From Phycisphaerales bacterium (GTDB lineage: Bacteria > Planctomycetota > Phycisphaerae > Phycisphaerales > UBA5793): a DNA stretch of 64,000 nucleotides. The notes under the pieces are model-generated. The model made no database searches. It had not been told where the DNA came from and saw nothing but the letters and a program-made list of their open reading frames with translations. The translations under genes and the position numbers were made by a program. The stretch is from the NCBI GenBank assembly GCA_026647365.1, contig JAPKGW010000015.1:4177-68176 (forward strand), read 5' to 3'. Positions 63,477-64,000 of the stretch are shown here, one piece after another. Position 1 is the stretch's first letter. Every line of letters begins with the position of its first letter.

Positions 63477-64000
63477 TCACACTCGTCGAGGTTGAGATCA
63501 GAGGTGACCGACGCAGCGCCGCTCGATGAGACGCCGACGAGCACGCCACAGACGTTGCGATCGAAGGTGACGGTCGCACGGGTCAGCGTGACGCGGAGTT
63601 TCTTGGGCGTGCCGGCGACGATGGAGAGCGAGCCGCCGGTAACGACTGTGGCGTTCACCTGGCTGGCGGTCTGGAGATCGAATGCGGGGCAGCCGTTGCT
63701 GTCGAACACGAGGCACGACCCGAGACAACTGACGCCGGCGATGGACGGCAGGCGCGCGAAGGCCCGGCGGACGGGACTGAGCGACGACTCCACCCAGAGA
63801 ATCTGTGCCGCGCCGCTCACGCCGCTGTTGAGCCAGCCGGCCTGGCCCGGCGCGACATCGGCGTATTCATGGCCGGGGTCCACCATGCTGACCCTGGCGG
63901 GCACGACGCCGCCCATCGCGGCACGCACAATCGCGCCGGGCGCGGCCGTCTCCAGCAGAATGGCGAACTTCCCGGCGTGCTCGGCCTGCGGGAGGGCTCC
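63473..64000 (-). CDS. Hypothetical protein, 5' end probably outside window
   Basis: The frame stays open upstream of the track ATG (63928) to the window edge (…GALPQAEHAGKFAILLETAAPGAIVRAAMGGVVPARV…). It ends '…SDLNLDECE*'. Confidence 0.45.
   Translation of the reverse strand, partial: GALPQAEHAGKFAILLETAAPGAIVRAAMGGVVPARVSMVDPGHEYADVAPGQAGWLNSGVSGAAQILWVESSLSPVRRAFARLPSIAGVSCLGSCLVFDSNGCPAFDLQTASQVNATVVTGGSLSIVAGTPKKLRVTLTRATVTFDRNVCGVLVGVSSSGAASVTSDLNLDECE

Overview
This is a high-GC (roughly two-thirds G+C by eye), densely coding bacterial chromosomal segment. All calls come from reading the ORF translations and the DNA by eye, with no database search. Several features suggest a Planctomycetota/Phycisphaerae-like organism, but that is inference only: a PEP-CTERM-like tail, DUF1573, dockerin-type repeats, HTH-REC regulators, a full T2SS and a giant Rhs protein.

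Layout:
- 1-31.7 kb: mostly housekeeping and accessory metabolism. It includes a DDC-like decarboxylase fragment, CPBP protease, ATL-like protein, GDSL hydrolase, rsmG, an LpxL-like acyltransferase, mgtE, tyrS, ogt, a VIT-vWA protein, tRNA-Ala(UGC), an Na+/H+ antiporter, an asparaginase plus ABC-2 exporter operon, an MBL-rhodanese fusion and a BNR propeller plus MoaD-like pair. A ~1.5 kb non-coding nest of MITE-like repeats lies at 27.7-29.1 kb.
- 31.9-39.5 kb: an accessory, defence-type island. It holds a translationally coupled three-gene operon (SMC/Rad50-like ABC ATPase, then a soluble HEAT-repeat histidine kinase, then a REC-wHTH-HTH response regulator) next to a convergent type II restriction-modification pair. 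I consider the three-gene operon the best candidate for an undescribed system.
- 39.6-50.7 kb: a complete minus-strand type II secretion operon (unknown gene, gspD-E-F-G-H-I-J-K, C-like, L-like, M-like, TPR lipoprotein).
- 50.7-62.3 kb: a divergent promoter region with two perfect TTATCCACAAT motifs, a DUF1573 protein, and a 2552-aa Sec-signal Rhs/YD-repeat protein. The Rhs protein has an inserted dockerin-like pair and an unrecognised 253-aa C-terminal domain. It is followed by a tightly coupled candidate immunity gene and a displaced Rhs core fragment disrupted by an IS5-family element with a 4-bp target duplication.
- 62.5-64 kb: two coupled minus-strand genes of unknown function, one with 23 Cys.

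Many long ORFs in the track are antisense or off-frame shadows typical of high-GC DNA and were rejected.
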